NCBI GenBank assembly: GCA_964016885.1 | Contig: OZ024751.1 | Span: forward strand, 30,318,001 to 30,382,000 | From: Eledone cirrhosa | Taxonomy: Eukaryota | Length of the DNA stretch: 64,000 bases | Direction of reading: 5' to 3' | In this document: positions 1 through 12,672 of the stretch, piece by piece | How positions within the stretch are numbered: the first letter of the stretch is position 1 | Layout: every line of letters starts with the position of its first letter | The notes under the pieces: model-generated | What the model was told of the DNA's origin: nothing | The model's input: only the letters and a program-made list of their open reading frames with translations | Database searches by the model: none | Made by a program: the position numbers and the translations under genes

Positions 1-9
1 TAAGTTAAA

Positions 10-1131
10 TCTATATATATAAAACTGAGGATGCCTGTATGTGTGTGTGAGTTTGAATCCCTAAAACTAGAGAAGCACCCAACCAACTGTTTTCAAACTT
101 TACACATGTAATACTTGTTTCAGAGTGTTCTGAGCAAAAAAAATTTCAAATTTTCAATGCCCTAGGCCAGTTGTCGCCAACCTTTCTAAAACCGAGGAAC
201 CCTCTAAATATTTTGAATTCTTCACGGAACCTATACAATACAAAACTTTTCAAAAAAAAATAATAAAGTATTTATTTATTTTAGTGAACTTACGTTGTGA
301 GAACAGCGAACTGACCCTGTCTCTCGGCTGAGAGACCTCGCTGAACTGAAGTTTTCAGTTTAATGTTATGCTGTCACCGACCAACATTTACTTGTTCGAG
401 ATTGGTCAATTTCTAAGTTCAATTAATGTATTATCAGTAGTAATCAAATTTAGAAAACTATGTCTTTCCAAGAATTGATTAGAAAGTATTCAATTTCCAC
501 AAATCTCAGAACAGTGTTTTTCTGCTAATTCAAGTGAGAAACTGAAAGTAGTGTTTTCCACGAATTGGAGTGGAGAACCTGTGTACACTACAATAGTACT
601 CGTTCATTTATACATTGCACCTTTTTCAGAAAACCCAAAATATTAATGGTAATGTAAATATTTACTTTTTTAAGGAACCCGGAGTTTGTTTTACGGAACC
701 CATTTTGGCGACCACTGCCCTAGGCGATTTAGCGATCTCTCTCTATAATTCTTAGTCTTTCTCTTTTTAGATAGATAGATACATATAACATCACGCCCTT
801 ATAATATGTGTCTGTATGTCTGCATTACGTCACTTCCTACAATTCGCTCTGCGTCCAGAACGCGCCTTTATAATATGTTTGTATGTCTGGCTGTCTGCTG
901 CATCCAGTTATTCTGCCACCCTTGCTCAAGACAAATCTCACACTCATTCTCCAAACAGTTGGTAAGTGCACACAACTTCTTCATCACATTTTAAGCCACA
1001 GTGTTGCTTACTTACGTACCACCAGACCCTTACTTCTTTGCCAGCCGTGGTTGTGGCAATACTAAGCTTAGCTAAGGCGGTTATATATTTCACAATGCCT
1101 TATCCCGTGCAACGACGGGTACCACTGCTAG
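10..1131 (+). mobile_element. Non-autonomous Helitron in YTHDC2 intron
   Basis: Starts 5'-TC (TCTATATATATAAAA at 10), ends CTAG (1128-1131) preceded by hairpin CCCGT-gcaacg-ACGGG (1104-1119), and sits between A (9) and T (1132) with no TSD: the canonical Helitron termini. Confidence 0.75.
168..717. mobile_element. hAT-superfamily MITE nested in the Helitron
   Basis: TIRs CAGTTGTCGCCAA / TTGGCGACCACTG (12/13 match); perfect 8-bp TSD CCCTAGGC at 160-167 and 718-725; no transposase ORF. Confidence 0.85.
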
Positions 1132-1159
1132 TAGAAAATAAAAACAAACATAGTCTAAC

Positions 1160-1359
1160 CTGGGTAGTTTTTCCAGAGCCAGTTTCACCAGTTACTAAGA
1201 CAACCTGATGGGTGTCCAGTGCTTGTAGAATTTCTGCAGAATGTTGGTAAATAGGTAATGTCTCGCGAAGTCCTGCTACTGTAGATTCCCCACATTTTGG
1301 TGGAATTTGTGGCACTCCATTGCTGAGACGGCCAACAGAAGTCTTCATGATATCTCTGC
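1160..1359 (-). CDS. YTHDC2: YTHDC2-like RNA helicase, exon 5 (start of DEAH helicase domain; gene continues beyond window start)
   Basis: cag|...|gttaga boundaries; encodes RDIMKTSVGRLSNGVPQIP...RETLPIY...QVVLVTGETGSGKTTQ (Walker A / motif I of the DHX36/57/YTHDC2 group); phase matches exon 4. Confidence 0.85.
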
Positions 1360-1833
1360 CTGCAGGAGAATAATAATAATAATAATGATTTAATAATAAT
1401 TGTTTCTACTATAGACATAAGGCCAGCAATTTTGAGGGAGGGGATACTCGATTAAATTGGTGGTACTTTATTTTATCGACCCTGTAAGAATCAAAGGCAA
1501 AGCTAAGGATTTAGCGGGATTTGAACTCAGAATGTAAAGGGTTGTAACTCTATGTTGCAAAGCAAGTTGTCTTACCCTTTACCAATAATAATAATGTTTC
1601 TACTTTTGGCACAAGGCCAGCAATTACCCCAGTGCATTACTTGTTTTATTTTATCAACCTTGTAAGGATGAAAGGCAAAGTTAACCTTGGCAGATTTAAA
1701 CTCAGAACGTAAAGGGTCATAACCCTATGCTGCAAAACATGTCGACACTCTACCGATACAGCCAAACTAAATAATAATATTAATATCAACAAAGAGAAGA
1801 AAATTAGCAGAGAGCAATTAAGTAGTTACTTAC

Positions 1834-2018
1834 CATCACCCAACGATTTTTCAGGTTTGGGAAATAAATCTTGTCGTTCTTTGTTTGTGAGTGGATATCT
1901 TTGCATGAGCGTTCTGATGTGTTGTCTTGAGTTTTTCTCCAAATTGAAAGAGGCGACTTGGCGTTGGGTAACATTACTGCTCTTTTTTGTAATAGTAAGG
2001 AACCGATTGGAACTTTTC
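1834..2018 (-). CDS. YTHDC2: YTHDC2-like RNA helicase, exon 4
   Basis: ttattccag|...|gtaagt; encodes KSSNRFLTITKK...LMQRYPLTNKERQDLFPK, the end of R3H plus linker as in YTHDC2; phases consistent. Confidence 0.85.
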
Positions 2019-2584
2019 CTGGAATAATCAAACAAAAGATGGTGATATCTTCCTCCTCTTTATCATCATCATCGTTTAACATCTATTTTCCATATTGCAA
2101 AACAATGGCAACATATGACTGGAAGTTTTGATTATTAAAACACTGAAGAAACCTGCTGAGATCTAACCTCATTTGAGCCTGGATAAACAAAGCAGGTGTG
2201 AGTAGGAACAACAACTTTGATGTTTACTTTGTCCATTATTTGGGGTTATAAAGAATGACAAAAAAAAAAAAAAATTAAAATAAATTACAACTCACACCTA
2301 TAAAGTAAGGTTTAGCTAAACTCCTAAAAAATTGTATCTCATAGGAGGTTTTTCAGGCGTTTTAATGATAGCACACAATGAAGAGATTGTTGCTGATGAA
2401 CATGTGTGGATGGAGTTGTAGGGGCACCATAGTGACATACAGTGCCTGAACATAACCAGTTTCTTCCAGAGAAGAGGGAGAGTGATAGACAAGAAGGGAG
2501 AAAAAAATAGAGAGGAAGAATCCAACCTGCATACACAGCTATTGCTATTGAAAAGAAATGATTTAGGATGTAAAATTGACTTAC

Positions 2585-2675
2585 CCTCGACTTTTAGATT
2601 TTAATCCAAGACTTTGAGCAAGTCGATGAATGTAGGCCCTCTCTAAAGCATTCAAGGAAGAAGGAAACTCCAACT
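2585..2675 (-). CDS. YTHDC2: YTHDC2-like RNA helicase, exon 3 (R3H core)
   Basis: tttttag|...|gtaagt; encodes ELEFPSSLNALERAYIHRLAQSLGLKSKSRG with the RxxxH motif of the R3H domain. Not in the ORF track. Confidence 0.9.
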
Positions 2676-2749
2676 CTAAAAATAGAGAAATCAGTGACAT
2701 TTCAAACTTGGTTTTCAGAGATTTGAAGTGAAGAGGTTGATCAAATTTT

Positions 2750-2990
2750 ATCTTAACCATTTCATTATATATTTCTATCTTAACTGTTATTATAATTCTA
2801 TTTTAACTATTTCATTATATATTTCTATCTAAACTGTTATTATAATTCTATTTTAACTATTTCATTATATATTTCTATCTTAACTGTTATTATAATTCTA
2901 TTTTAACCATTTCATTATATATTTCTATCTTAACTGTTATTATAATTCTATTTTAACTATTTCATTATATATTTCTATCTTAGCCATTAC
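2750..2990. repeat. 50-bp AT-rich minisatellite, about 5 copies
   Basis: ttcattatat recurs at 2761, 2811, 2861, 2911, 2961. Confidence 0.9.
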
Positions 2991-3804
2991 TGTAATTTCA
3001 TCTTAACCTTTCATAGCTATATTTCTGATGAAACACACTACTAATGATTTTCAAATATTTGTAGAAATAATAATGAATTTTGAAGGAATTTAGTAATATA
3101 ACAAACTTTCTCATTACCAAGCTGGTGGTGATTGGAAGAATAGTTAAGACTGCTGGACCAAATGTCTTGCAGCATTTCTTTTGGCTTTTTATAATGAGTT
3201 CAAATCCTGCTACGGTCAATTTTTGCCTTTCATCTTCCTGGGGGTTGATTTAATCAACACCCACCACCTCTAAATTCCTGGTCACATGCCTAAATGAGAA
3301 ATCATTAAGCTGGTGTTTGGAGCATAGCTTAAAGGTTCTTATATAACATTATGATGGAAGGTTTTTAAATAAATATGAACGCTTTACAGCTCACACTGTA
3401 AAGGGGCAGTGTTGGTGTCACTAAAAATTGCAACCAGCCTACACTATAAAGTGCTAGTGCTGGTGCCATGAAAAAAAAAAAAACTCATTAAGTCCACCCT
3501 GTCAAGTAGTAGATGTAGTACCACCAGAAAAAAAACCTGGTACACACTGTGAAGTGGCTGACATTAGGAAGGGCATCAAGTCATAGAAACCCTGCCAAAA
3601 TGGAACGTTTGTCCTGTCTGTCTAGCCATAGAGCATGACAACTTGTCTAACCCATGGAAGCATAGAAAATAGACAATAAACAGTGATGATGATGATAGTA
3701 CTGTTTTGTATTTTTCAAGAAAGTTTTGCTAATGTAGTTTCATATGGTACAAGATGTTAAAAGTTCAATACAACAACATATATAAATATCTAAAACTAAC
3801 GAAC

Positions 3805-3992
3805 CTTTTTGGCATTCATTACTTCGGAAATTAGCGATTGCCGTATGAACTGCAATTCTCACTTCTTCCCCAATACAGATAGCTTGTCCCAGTCTTGGTC
3901 CATGGTTGCTGTTTCTGTTCATGCTTGTAGGGAGACCGTTTTTCATACCTTTATAATAATGTGATGAGTTATTGCTGTGGGATGTTCCATTT
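3805..3992 (-). CDS. YTHDC2: YTHDC2-like RNA helicase, exon 2
   Basis: tttacctgtag|...|gttcgt; encodes NGTSHS...IGEEVRIAVHTAIANFRSNECQK, the segment preceding R3H in YTHDC2. Confidence 0.8.
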
Positions 3993-4980
3993 CTACAGGT
4001 AAATAAAAGAAAACAACAAAATTGTGAGTTTCATACACAATATACGCAACAAATTAACATTAGCATTGTATTCGAGGAAGAAGGTGAGATTGATCAGGGA
4101 TTTTGTGATTAGAAACAGGTATTAATATAACTACCAGATAGTCATTATATCGATCTACTACGATTATTCAATCCGCTGAAAAGATCGTAAAACAATGAAC
4201 TAATTAACTATCTATCTACCACTTATATTTTCATTGTTCAATACACACCCATTTCTTCCTAACGTCAACCACATTTACATGGCACCAAAACAACCAGTTT
4301 AGTGTGGACTGAGCGTCTTTTGGAACCATATATATATATATATTTAGAGAGAGAGAGAGAGAGAGACAGAAAGAGCTATATTTACAACAACCAAAATCAG
4401 TGACACATACTACAATGAAAAATATTGTTTTACTTTCCTTTTTAACATTTCCAAAAACTACTAATATATATATATTTCTTGGAAAACGAAACAATATCAT
4501 TTTCTAATTATCACTTAGATATTGTTTCGTTTTCCAAGAAATATATATATATAGATTAAAATAAAATACTTTCACTTTGAACATGTCATGACTGTCTTAC
4601 TTCCCCTTTCTCCACTTTCTCTCATTTTACTTCTTAGCACACTCGATCTTCCCCTTTCCAACAACCCTCTTTCTTTCTAGAGCAAGGGTCTCAAGGCTTC
4701 AAAAGAACCCTTATGTCCTGAACGAGGGGCACAGAAGGACCAAAAATGAGATGAGTGGAAGTAGGGCGCGATTTCCACCAGCAACCATGCTAATCTACAA
4801 TACAGCTAAGCTGCTCTTTGGTTCTTTTTTTTTATCTAAACGATTACAAATATAATAAATGGATATGAATTAGTATAAAATGTAGGGGGACAAATTTTCA
4901 GTTTCAAATGTTCTGCCGTGGACCATAAAAAAGTAGTTTGCGGGCCGCATGTTTGAGACAACTGCTCGAGTTTTATTATA

Positions 4981-5170
4981 TACGAGCGTAGGCTGAAACA
5001 TTCATGGACTGACTATGAAGAAGTTATACTAGACCTCTGAAATATTGCATGCCTTAATTTCAACTTTTCTTATTAATAACTGCATTGTTTCTTTCCAGAG
5101 ACTATGTGGAAAAATAAACTTCATTTGGTCATTCCATGAGAGTTTATAAACTTTTCAGCCGACCCTCGTA
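4981..5170. mobile_element. Tc1/mariner-type MITE (about 190 bp), family member
   Basis: Ends TACGAG..GGCTGAAA / TTTTCAGCCGACCCTCGTA with terminal TA; related copies near 6769-6967, 9825-10003, 11320-11515, 13420-13480. Confidence 0.65.
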
Positions 5171-6061
5171 TAACAGCAAGGCGGTGGATTACCAGAGTTG
5201 TTAGAACGTTTATTAGAATTTGTACCAACTCTGTTCCGAGTTCAAATCATCCCGCCGTAGTCGATTTTGTCTTTCATCCTTCTAGTGTAAAGTACCAGTC
5301 AACTACTGGGGTTGAGTTAATCAACTTTACCCTTCACCTAAATTTGCTGGCCTTGTGTCTAAAATAGCTTTAGGAAATTGCTAATCAAATACCTACTCAT
5401 ACTGGCATAGAAAATGTAAATATGATGATGATGAAATACATGCGGTCATCTTCCCCAGCTCTGATTAATATAAGTGTTAACCTTGTCGGCCCCACATCAT
5501 GCAGTTCATTTTGAAGAACCAGATGCCCTTCCTCGTGCCAACCCTTTCAGTCACCTCTTACAACACGCAGGGATAGTGTACCTATTCTAAATTGGATGGT
5601 GATGAAATACACATGTATATTATCATATTGAACCTCCACCACACCAGACTCTTTTCGCATGATGAATTCACACACACGTGCGTGTATGTATCTATCTATA
5701 TATATATAGATATAGATACATACACGCGCATGTGTGTGTGTATATATATATATATATATACACACACACATGCGAGCCTACGAAGGAACCTTAACCCTAA
5801 CGTGTCTATATGTAATAAATTCGATGAATCAGACGATATATATTTGTTTATTTTGAGATGTGTATATATATGTGAGTGCGTGTGTTGGTATTTGTCAACA
5901 ATATATATAACAGACGAGAGCGAGAGTGGAGGAAGACAATCTAAACACAAACATTATGCCTGTCAACATTTTTCTTCGGGACAACTAAGAGAAAAGTATG
6001 GAGTAAAATCAATCCACAAGTAACTTTAAAGATAGATTAAAAACATGGCATGAATATTCAC

Positions 6062-6147
6062 CTGAAATTGGCGCGAGTCTGTGGAGAAATCACGTCATAA
6101 ACAGGAGTAAATGTTCGCGAGCGAACCTGATAACCGCCTGACGCCAT
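6062..6147 (-). CDS. YTHDC2: YTHDC2-like RNA helicase, probable first coding exon
   Basis: GCAATGGCG start context, CpG-richer patch, MASGGYQVRSRTFTPVYDVISPQTRANF then AG|gtgaat donor; phase 2 exactly matches the exon 2 acceptor. Supported by phase and signals, not by recognised homology. Confidence 0.65.
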
Positions 6148-6768
6148 TGCAAGTAGCAAGGGGCTAGCTTTAAACGAGTAGATTCGTATAAGTAAACATT
6201 TTACATAGAATTCTTGACAAATTTGAAATTAATTTACATCATTTTATTAAAAATTTCAATGAAAATATGACTAAAACAATTATAGCAAAGAATATTTTCC
6301 ACCATGTCTTAATATATTTCCTATATTTGATTTGTCATTCACTGACAGGTGTGATATTTGTATTTACATACAGTTCGTTTATTTCGTATAAATTGTTAAT
6401 CTGTAAACACAGTCATCATATTTTATAAGATGTTAGAATGCTGCTAATTAATAAATAAGTAGTTATTCTTAAAATTGTCATTTTATTATTAGTAGTAGTA
6501 TTTTCGTGTGAGTATATAAAATGTTGATTACATTAAACATCTTCGATTGTTTGTTTACAACATCGAGTCGTGTTTTGGTGAATGAATCATTGAAAAATAA
6601 AGAAAATAAAAGAAATGTATTTAGATGTTTACAAATAATCGTCACATTTAACCAGAATTTATTCAACTAATAGCGTACAATATATTACACAGTTATATTC
6701 ACTCCTATTTGAAGCCCAACATATTTCATTCGTTTTATATTGGTAGATTCTTTTTTGACAAAAAGTAC

Positions 6769-6967
6769 TACGAGAGGCTGAAAGGTTCATAGGCTGACCA
6801 AAATACACTCATGGAATGACCAAATGCGGTTTATTTTTCAACATAATCTCTAGAAAGAAACAATGCAGTTCTTAATAGCAAGAGTGGAAATTAATGCATG
6901 CAAGATTTCACATCCCTAGCATTACTCCTTCTTAGTGAGCCTATGGACTTTTCAGCACATTCTCGTA
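6769..6967. mobile_element. Tc1/mariner-type MITE, opposite orientation to 4981-5170
   Basis: TACGAGAGGCTGAAAGGTTC ... TTTTCAGCACATTCTCGTA; internal sequence is the reverse complement of the 4981 copy. Confidence 0.6.
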
Positions 6968-7766
6968 TGCATATTTATTTGGTAAACAAGAGATGGTTTG
7001 ACAATCACGTGTTTGAGGGGTTAGGGTTAAATCTACAGCATGTCACATTGAGAAAACTGTAAACATTAATAATTTACAATCGACGTTGAGTATGTAAGAA
7101 TATTTAAGACGTTTGACTAAATATTATATTCTTTATTATTTTTATGTAATTTTAACCTAGGAATATATTTGAGTATTTTGAATTAAAATGATTTTTCCAC
7201 TGTAAAAAAGAATCGATAGATAACCATCTTAATGATTCTACATATTGAATAGCTTTTACTGATTTCTGACTAACTATGTTAATTGGTAAGCTTGTGCTTG
7301 TATATCTTACATATATCAAATAATTAGAGAGAAAGAGAGAGAGAGAAAGGGGGACGAGGAAAATATGGATTAAGGGAGGTAAACGAGTAATTTTTTTATT
7401 GAGTTATCTTCCTTGTCAGAAGCAATCATCTTTAACTGATCCAGCTGGATCCCCGAACGAGACTAACCAGGCTCATGGATGTTATCCAACCATTTTACTG
7501 GGGGGAATTACTCCTGAGTCTCCTGCCAGTTATTTTTACCCGTAAAATCTTTCTAACCACGTATTCATAATATCGTAACTGTGATCTCTCAAGTCGGATA
7601 AGTGGTGACTCTACCTGGAATGACTCTGATCTCCGTCCGAGTTACGCACTCTATTAAGTAACGATACTTCCAATACCCTTCGGAGGAATCCCATTTCAGC
7701 CGCTTGTATTTGTAATCCTATTCTTTTGTTTACCTTACTAAAGCGAAAAAAAAAATAAATAAATTA

Positions 7767-7825
7767 TGGCCTGTCCAGGGTTCGAATCCGTAACCTCAGG
7801 TGTCATACCACTAGACCAACAGGCC
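7767..7825 (-). pseudogene. tRNA-like sequence lacking the anticodon arm (tRNA-Pro-like 5' half)
   Basis: GGCCTGT-TGGTCTAGTGGTATGAC-ACCTGAGGTTACGGATTCGAACCCTGG-ACAGGCC-A: perfect 7-bp acceptor stem, A box, B-box-like TTCGAA, downstream T-run; only 59 nt. Confidence 0.6.
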
Positions 7826-8591
7826 TCACAATTAAATGCACAATTAACATTTATATCCTATATCAACAAGTGACCTACGAATGTTTCTTTATAGATTAGA
7901 TCGATATTTAACGAATGAATAATTTTCATGAGGGATTGTTCGAATAAATATTATTAAGAGAACATATTTTAAGGAAAAAAAGTTTATATACAATTTTAAT
8001 GATTAAATTTGGTCAAAACTGTTTCACTTAGTCGGTTTGTAGTATAGATATATGTGTGAATGTATGTATAATGCCGTAACTCGTATTGGGGTTGTACGGG
8101 CGCCGTATTGGTTTATGGTGTTTCTAGGACATTATAAAAAACAAAAAAACTGGCAGAGCCCATCTCCTCTCCAGGTCTGAAATCAGCAGATTTCTTCCAG
8201 AGAAGGATAAAGAGAGACAGAATGGAAGAGAGAAAAAGATATAGAGGAAGAATCGACCCATGGTACTTATATATATATATATATAAACCTCGAATCAATG
8301 AAAAGTAAAGTTGATTTCAGCGGGATTTGAACACATAGAACAGAGAGGCGAAATGAATACCGTAAAGTATTCTATCGGACGTTTTAACGATAAAATAGAG
8401 TACCAGTAATGTACTGTGTAATTGCTGGCCTTGTGCCAAAAGTAGAAACAGTTATCAGTTTATAGTAACAGCGCGTTAAATCCGGTTGTTTACAAATCTT
8501 CAACAACGAAAACAGCTGACGGAAATTGCCGACATACCATAATCGGTAAATTCCGTGAAGAATTGACAAACGAAAACATCCGCTTAACAAG

Positions 8592-8690
8592 ATGGTTGCC
8601 ACGCGGCTGGAAGTTAATATGGCACGGCTGATGTCAAGGTGTGAGGAGAAGGTAGCCGAAAAGAAAATGAGTGATTGGCGATTGGAAAAA
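8592..8690 (+). CDS. USE1: Vesicle transport SNARE USE1, exon 1
   Basis: MVATRLEVNMARLMSRCEEKVAEKKMSDWRLEK|gtaagt matches the USE1 N-terminus (RLE.N..RL.SRCE...WRLEK). Confidence 0.92.
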
Positions 8691-11557
8691 GTAAGTATCT
8701 GTGGTTATTAAGATTAAATAGATTTGTTAGCCATAGCTATCTCTACTGCTGGCTTTGCTCGCCGCCGACACCAAGCAATGACAGTATTTCTCGAGCACTA
8801 AGTGAATTAATGTCTTTATTATGTTTGTGAGTTCAAATCCCCGTCGAGGTTAGCTTTCATCTTTACAGGGATCGATAAAATAAAGTATCAGTAATTCACT
8901 GGGCTCGATTTAATCGACTTTTCCCTAAAAAAGCGTTAGTTTTGTATCTGTTATATTACAATTGTATAAATCTACAGTAGAATAACATTGCAGATATGTT
9001 TTAAATATATACATAAATAACATTACAAATGCTTTGTACCTAAATCAGAAACCATTATGTATGTGATTTAAAACTCTAGCCTTTACTGTGCAAGTGGTTG
9101 AGTATATGTATGTGTGACGTCCGAACGAATATGCTCCACCTCCAACTATATAACCCTCCACCTCTTGATCCCGGCCGAAAGGAAGAAGCCATATGATGAA
9201 GATATGGGGGAAATAGTATTTAAACATCACTACACCAATATTACGTGACCGGACAGTATTGGTGGGGAATAGATGGTCTCTGGCGTGCAGAACAACAGGC
9301 CGAATCCGCTTCATGGGTCCCAGCAGACAGAATGTTGTACGAAGCGTTACCCCGAAAGATAGACAAGGAAGAGACTAGTTAATATTTGATATTAAACTGA
9401 CATAACGTTTATCCTACTATTTTCCCCAGCTCCACTAAACGTTCGAGACGTTTAGTTGAGCTGAGTCGCTGACAACAAAGTTCTTGTCATCGTTAGTGGC
9501 TCGCCTTACCGAGGTGTCATGTGATACGTGAGAGTACCTGGTTGTTTCAGCGCCTCAGCCTCGCCATCACTCGCGGTAATGCTGCGAGCCTGTTGGCTTG
9601 CATCAACATTTCCGTTGACTCTTGTGGTGTGTGACTGATTGACGCACTTGGTGGTGTAATGGTGGTTGTTTTTGTTTATTAATTAGTTGATCCATTCCTT
9701 TTCTTCTCGCTTTTATCATATATTTTTGTGGGTTATATTTGTGCGGTTCCTAGGAATAATTAATTCTATTTATATTTTCATTCTGTAACAATTGTAAACA
9801 ATTTCTACAACTGTGAAAAATAGATGCTGAAAATATCATATGCAGACGAAGATACTCTCATGGCATGACTAAATGAGGTTTTTTTTATTTTTTCAACAAT
9901 GCAGTTATTGATAAGATGTATTGAAATTAAAACATACAAGATTTCACAGCACTTGCATCATTTCTTCATAGTCAGCCTATGAACTTTTCATCCGACTCTC
10001 GTATGATTAAAAGCATTCTAGTAACTTTAGGGGTATGGAGTTGGCTGCTATTTCTAGTAGATAGAGCGATCAAGTAGAAGGATCCTTTGATGACTTTCGA
10101 TCCTTTAGCATTTAAACTGGCTGTATCCGGTCAGAATTCTTTCACATCCTTCGGTTCAAACTGGCTGTAACTGGTCATTCATACTGATGTTACGGTATTG
10201 TTCTCAAAATAGATATCAAAATCTCGTAGATTATGTGAGATAAAGCCTTTACCACAAAAACATAATATATATAGAGAGAGTAATGTAAATGATATAGGGT
10301 TAAAGATTTCACTTCTCCCTTGACCCTCTGAGAGTGCTGATGGGTCGTGGGAGTGGTGATATATTATATGTATATTGGGTAAATACAGCGGCTGTAATAG
10401 CCAGGCTATTGAAGATTAAATTGTCAAAATACTGTGACAGGTACAAAGATTACAAGTGACAGCTTTTTAAGTTTTCTTATCGCACTTGTGTTTGTGTGTG
10501 TTGACCTCCGTTGGTTCCAACAGCGGAGTGTTCCATTTGATTCAATCAACATAATTCCCTACACTTGAAAAATAATGTGTAAGTGGCTGAACAGTCGACA
10601 GACATGTGCATCTTTAATGTAGTTCTCAGGGAGATTCAGCATGATACAATATGTGGCAAGGATGGACCATTGAATTACAGGTACAACTCATTTTTTTTTC
10701 CAGCTGAGTGGACTGGAGTAACATGAAATAAAGTGTCTTGCTTAACCTGTAATTACCCAGGGGTTAATAATTGTTTCAAGAATTGAAATTAAGAATGTGA
10801 CTCAGCAACACAAGATTGGAGTTAATACTAGTAGCTGTAAATATCTTTTACAAGTAGGAATATTTGCAAACACAACCGAGCAGCCAATATATATATACAT
10901 ACCATCCTGTAAAGTGGTTGTGCTGGTGACATGATAAAAAGTGCCCAGTCCACTCAGTAAGGTGGTTGTGCTGGCAACACAACAAAGAGCAGCCAGACCA
11001 GTTTATAAAGTAGTTGTAGTGGTGACACAACAAAAAATGTCCAGTCCACCCTGTAAGCTGGGCATGCTGATAAAATGGCAAAAAGCACTCAGTTGAGCCT
11101 ACAAGGTGGTCGAGCTGGTGACAATAAAAACCATCCATTCCTCTCTGTTAGATGGTCATTTTGGTTCTCTGATAAAAAGCACCCACTTTGACAAACTAAA
11201 CAACTAATAATAAGGATAAAGTGAAAGTCATATGGTGCATTTTTTTATTGGCAATACTGGCAACATTACCATCCCCAAATATAACAATATTGGTTTCAAC
11301 ACACGATTTCACATCAAGAATCTTGCAAAAGTTCATAGGTTGACCAAGATACTTTCATGGATCAACCAAAATGAGGTTTACTTTTCAACATAGTCCCTTG
11401 AAAGAAACAATGCAGTTATTAGTTAGAACAGTTAACGTTAATGCATGCAAGATTTCTCAGCTCTAGCATCACTCCTTCATAGTCAGCCTGTGAACTTTTC
11501 ATCTGACCTTCATACATAAATTTCTAATTCCTTAATTGTTTTTCTTTCAATTTACAG

Positions 11558-11607
11558 TATATTTGTGCCTTATTAAGTCAATTAGAAGAACTAAAAAAAT
11601 CTCCATG
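11558..11607 (+). CDS. USE1: USE1 exon 2
   Basis: tttacag|YICALLSQLEELKKSP|gtaagt; 50 nt; phase consistent. Confidence 0.88.
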
Positions 11608-12303
11608 GTAAGTACTTTTCTTTCACTTCCTATTTCTCCTTCATCTTCTCTTTCTACATTTGTAACTAAAACATTTATTTATTATTAATCTTGTTATTTA
11701 ATGAATACATTTGTCAATATTAAATACATTTTCTGAAACTCTTACATTGGTATCTGCTTCTTGGATCTCAATATTACTGAATATTCTATGTTATTAATTT
11801 AACAAAATAACATTGAAATGTGGTAGTACTGGTACCATAATAAAATGCACTCAGTGTTCAGCCTACACTGGAAGGTGTAAGTGTTGATGTCACTATTAAA
11901 TTCACCTAACCCACTCTGTCAAGTATTAGCACTAATGGGTAATGTCATGAAATAAAAAGACCCAGTCCACCGTGTTAGGTGGCAGTGGTGATACCACAAG
12001 AAAATGAGTCCGATACATGCTGTGAAGTGGTTGGCATTAGAAGGGGCACCCAGCTGTAAAAAACTGAGTGAAAAAAAGGAACATATGAGCAAAACACAGT
12101 CGTCTGACCTGCCTGTATAACCTCAAAGCACGACAACCCATTTAACCCTTGCAAGCATGAAAAATAGACATAAAATATTGATGCTAATGATTAGAAATAA
12201 ATCTTTTTTCCAACATTGTTTTCTTAACACCAAATTTCCTTATTCCAATAATTGCTACCCTCTTGTGATCTATAAGTTTCTTTGGTGATTTCTATCTCAA
12301 CAG

Positions 12304-12382
12304 TTGTCCGTCCAAAGAAGACATCAATAGTTATGCACGGAAAATTCAGTTTTTGAAAGGATTACTTGAAGCTGACAGATTG
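12304..12382 (+). CDS. USE1: USE1 exon 3
   Basis: caacag|CPSKEDINSYARKIQFLKGLLEADRL|gtatgt; conserved Y..K..FLKG.L.A motif. Confidence 0.9.
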
Positions 12383-12521
12383 GTATGTAAATAATTATCT
12401 TTTATTTTGTATGTAAATAAGTTTGTAAATATTTAGGACTTTTCTTTGCTCTCTTGTTTTCTGTTGTTGTTTTTTTTAGTTTGTTTTTACTTCAGTTAAT
12501 TTTCTTTTTTCTTTTCCCTAG

Positions 12522-12672
12522 CCTGATTCATCAGAGAAGATGTTGGCTGCTGAAAAACTTGCTCCTGTATCATCTTCTAAAGACATTAACCCTTCATCTA
12601 GTAAAAAGCTTTGCAATTTGACAAAAGGCAGATATGAGAAAGAGATGAGAGCAGATCTTTTTAGTCACTCAA
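12522..12672 (+). CDS. USE1: USE1 exon 4
   Basis: ttccctag|PDSSEKMLAAEKLAP...KGRYEKEMRADLF..|gtaagt. Confidence 0.88.

Larger units (their letters stand above)
6148..8591. promoter_or_regulatory. Divergent (head-to-head) promoter region of YTHDC2 and USE1
   Basis: The start codons point apart and are 2.4 kb from each other; CpG-richer patches flank both ATGs. No individual sites called. Confidence 0.45.

Noticed and set aside
4683-4964. Possible further hAT MITE (CAAGGGTCTCAA ... TTTGAGACAACTG)
   Set aside because: TIRs are poorly matched and there is no convincing 8-bp TSD; too weak to call.
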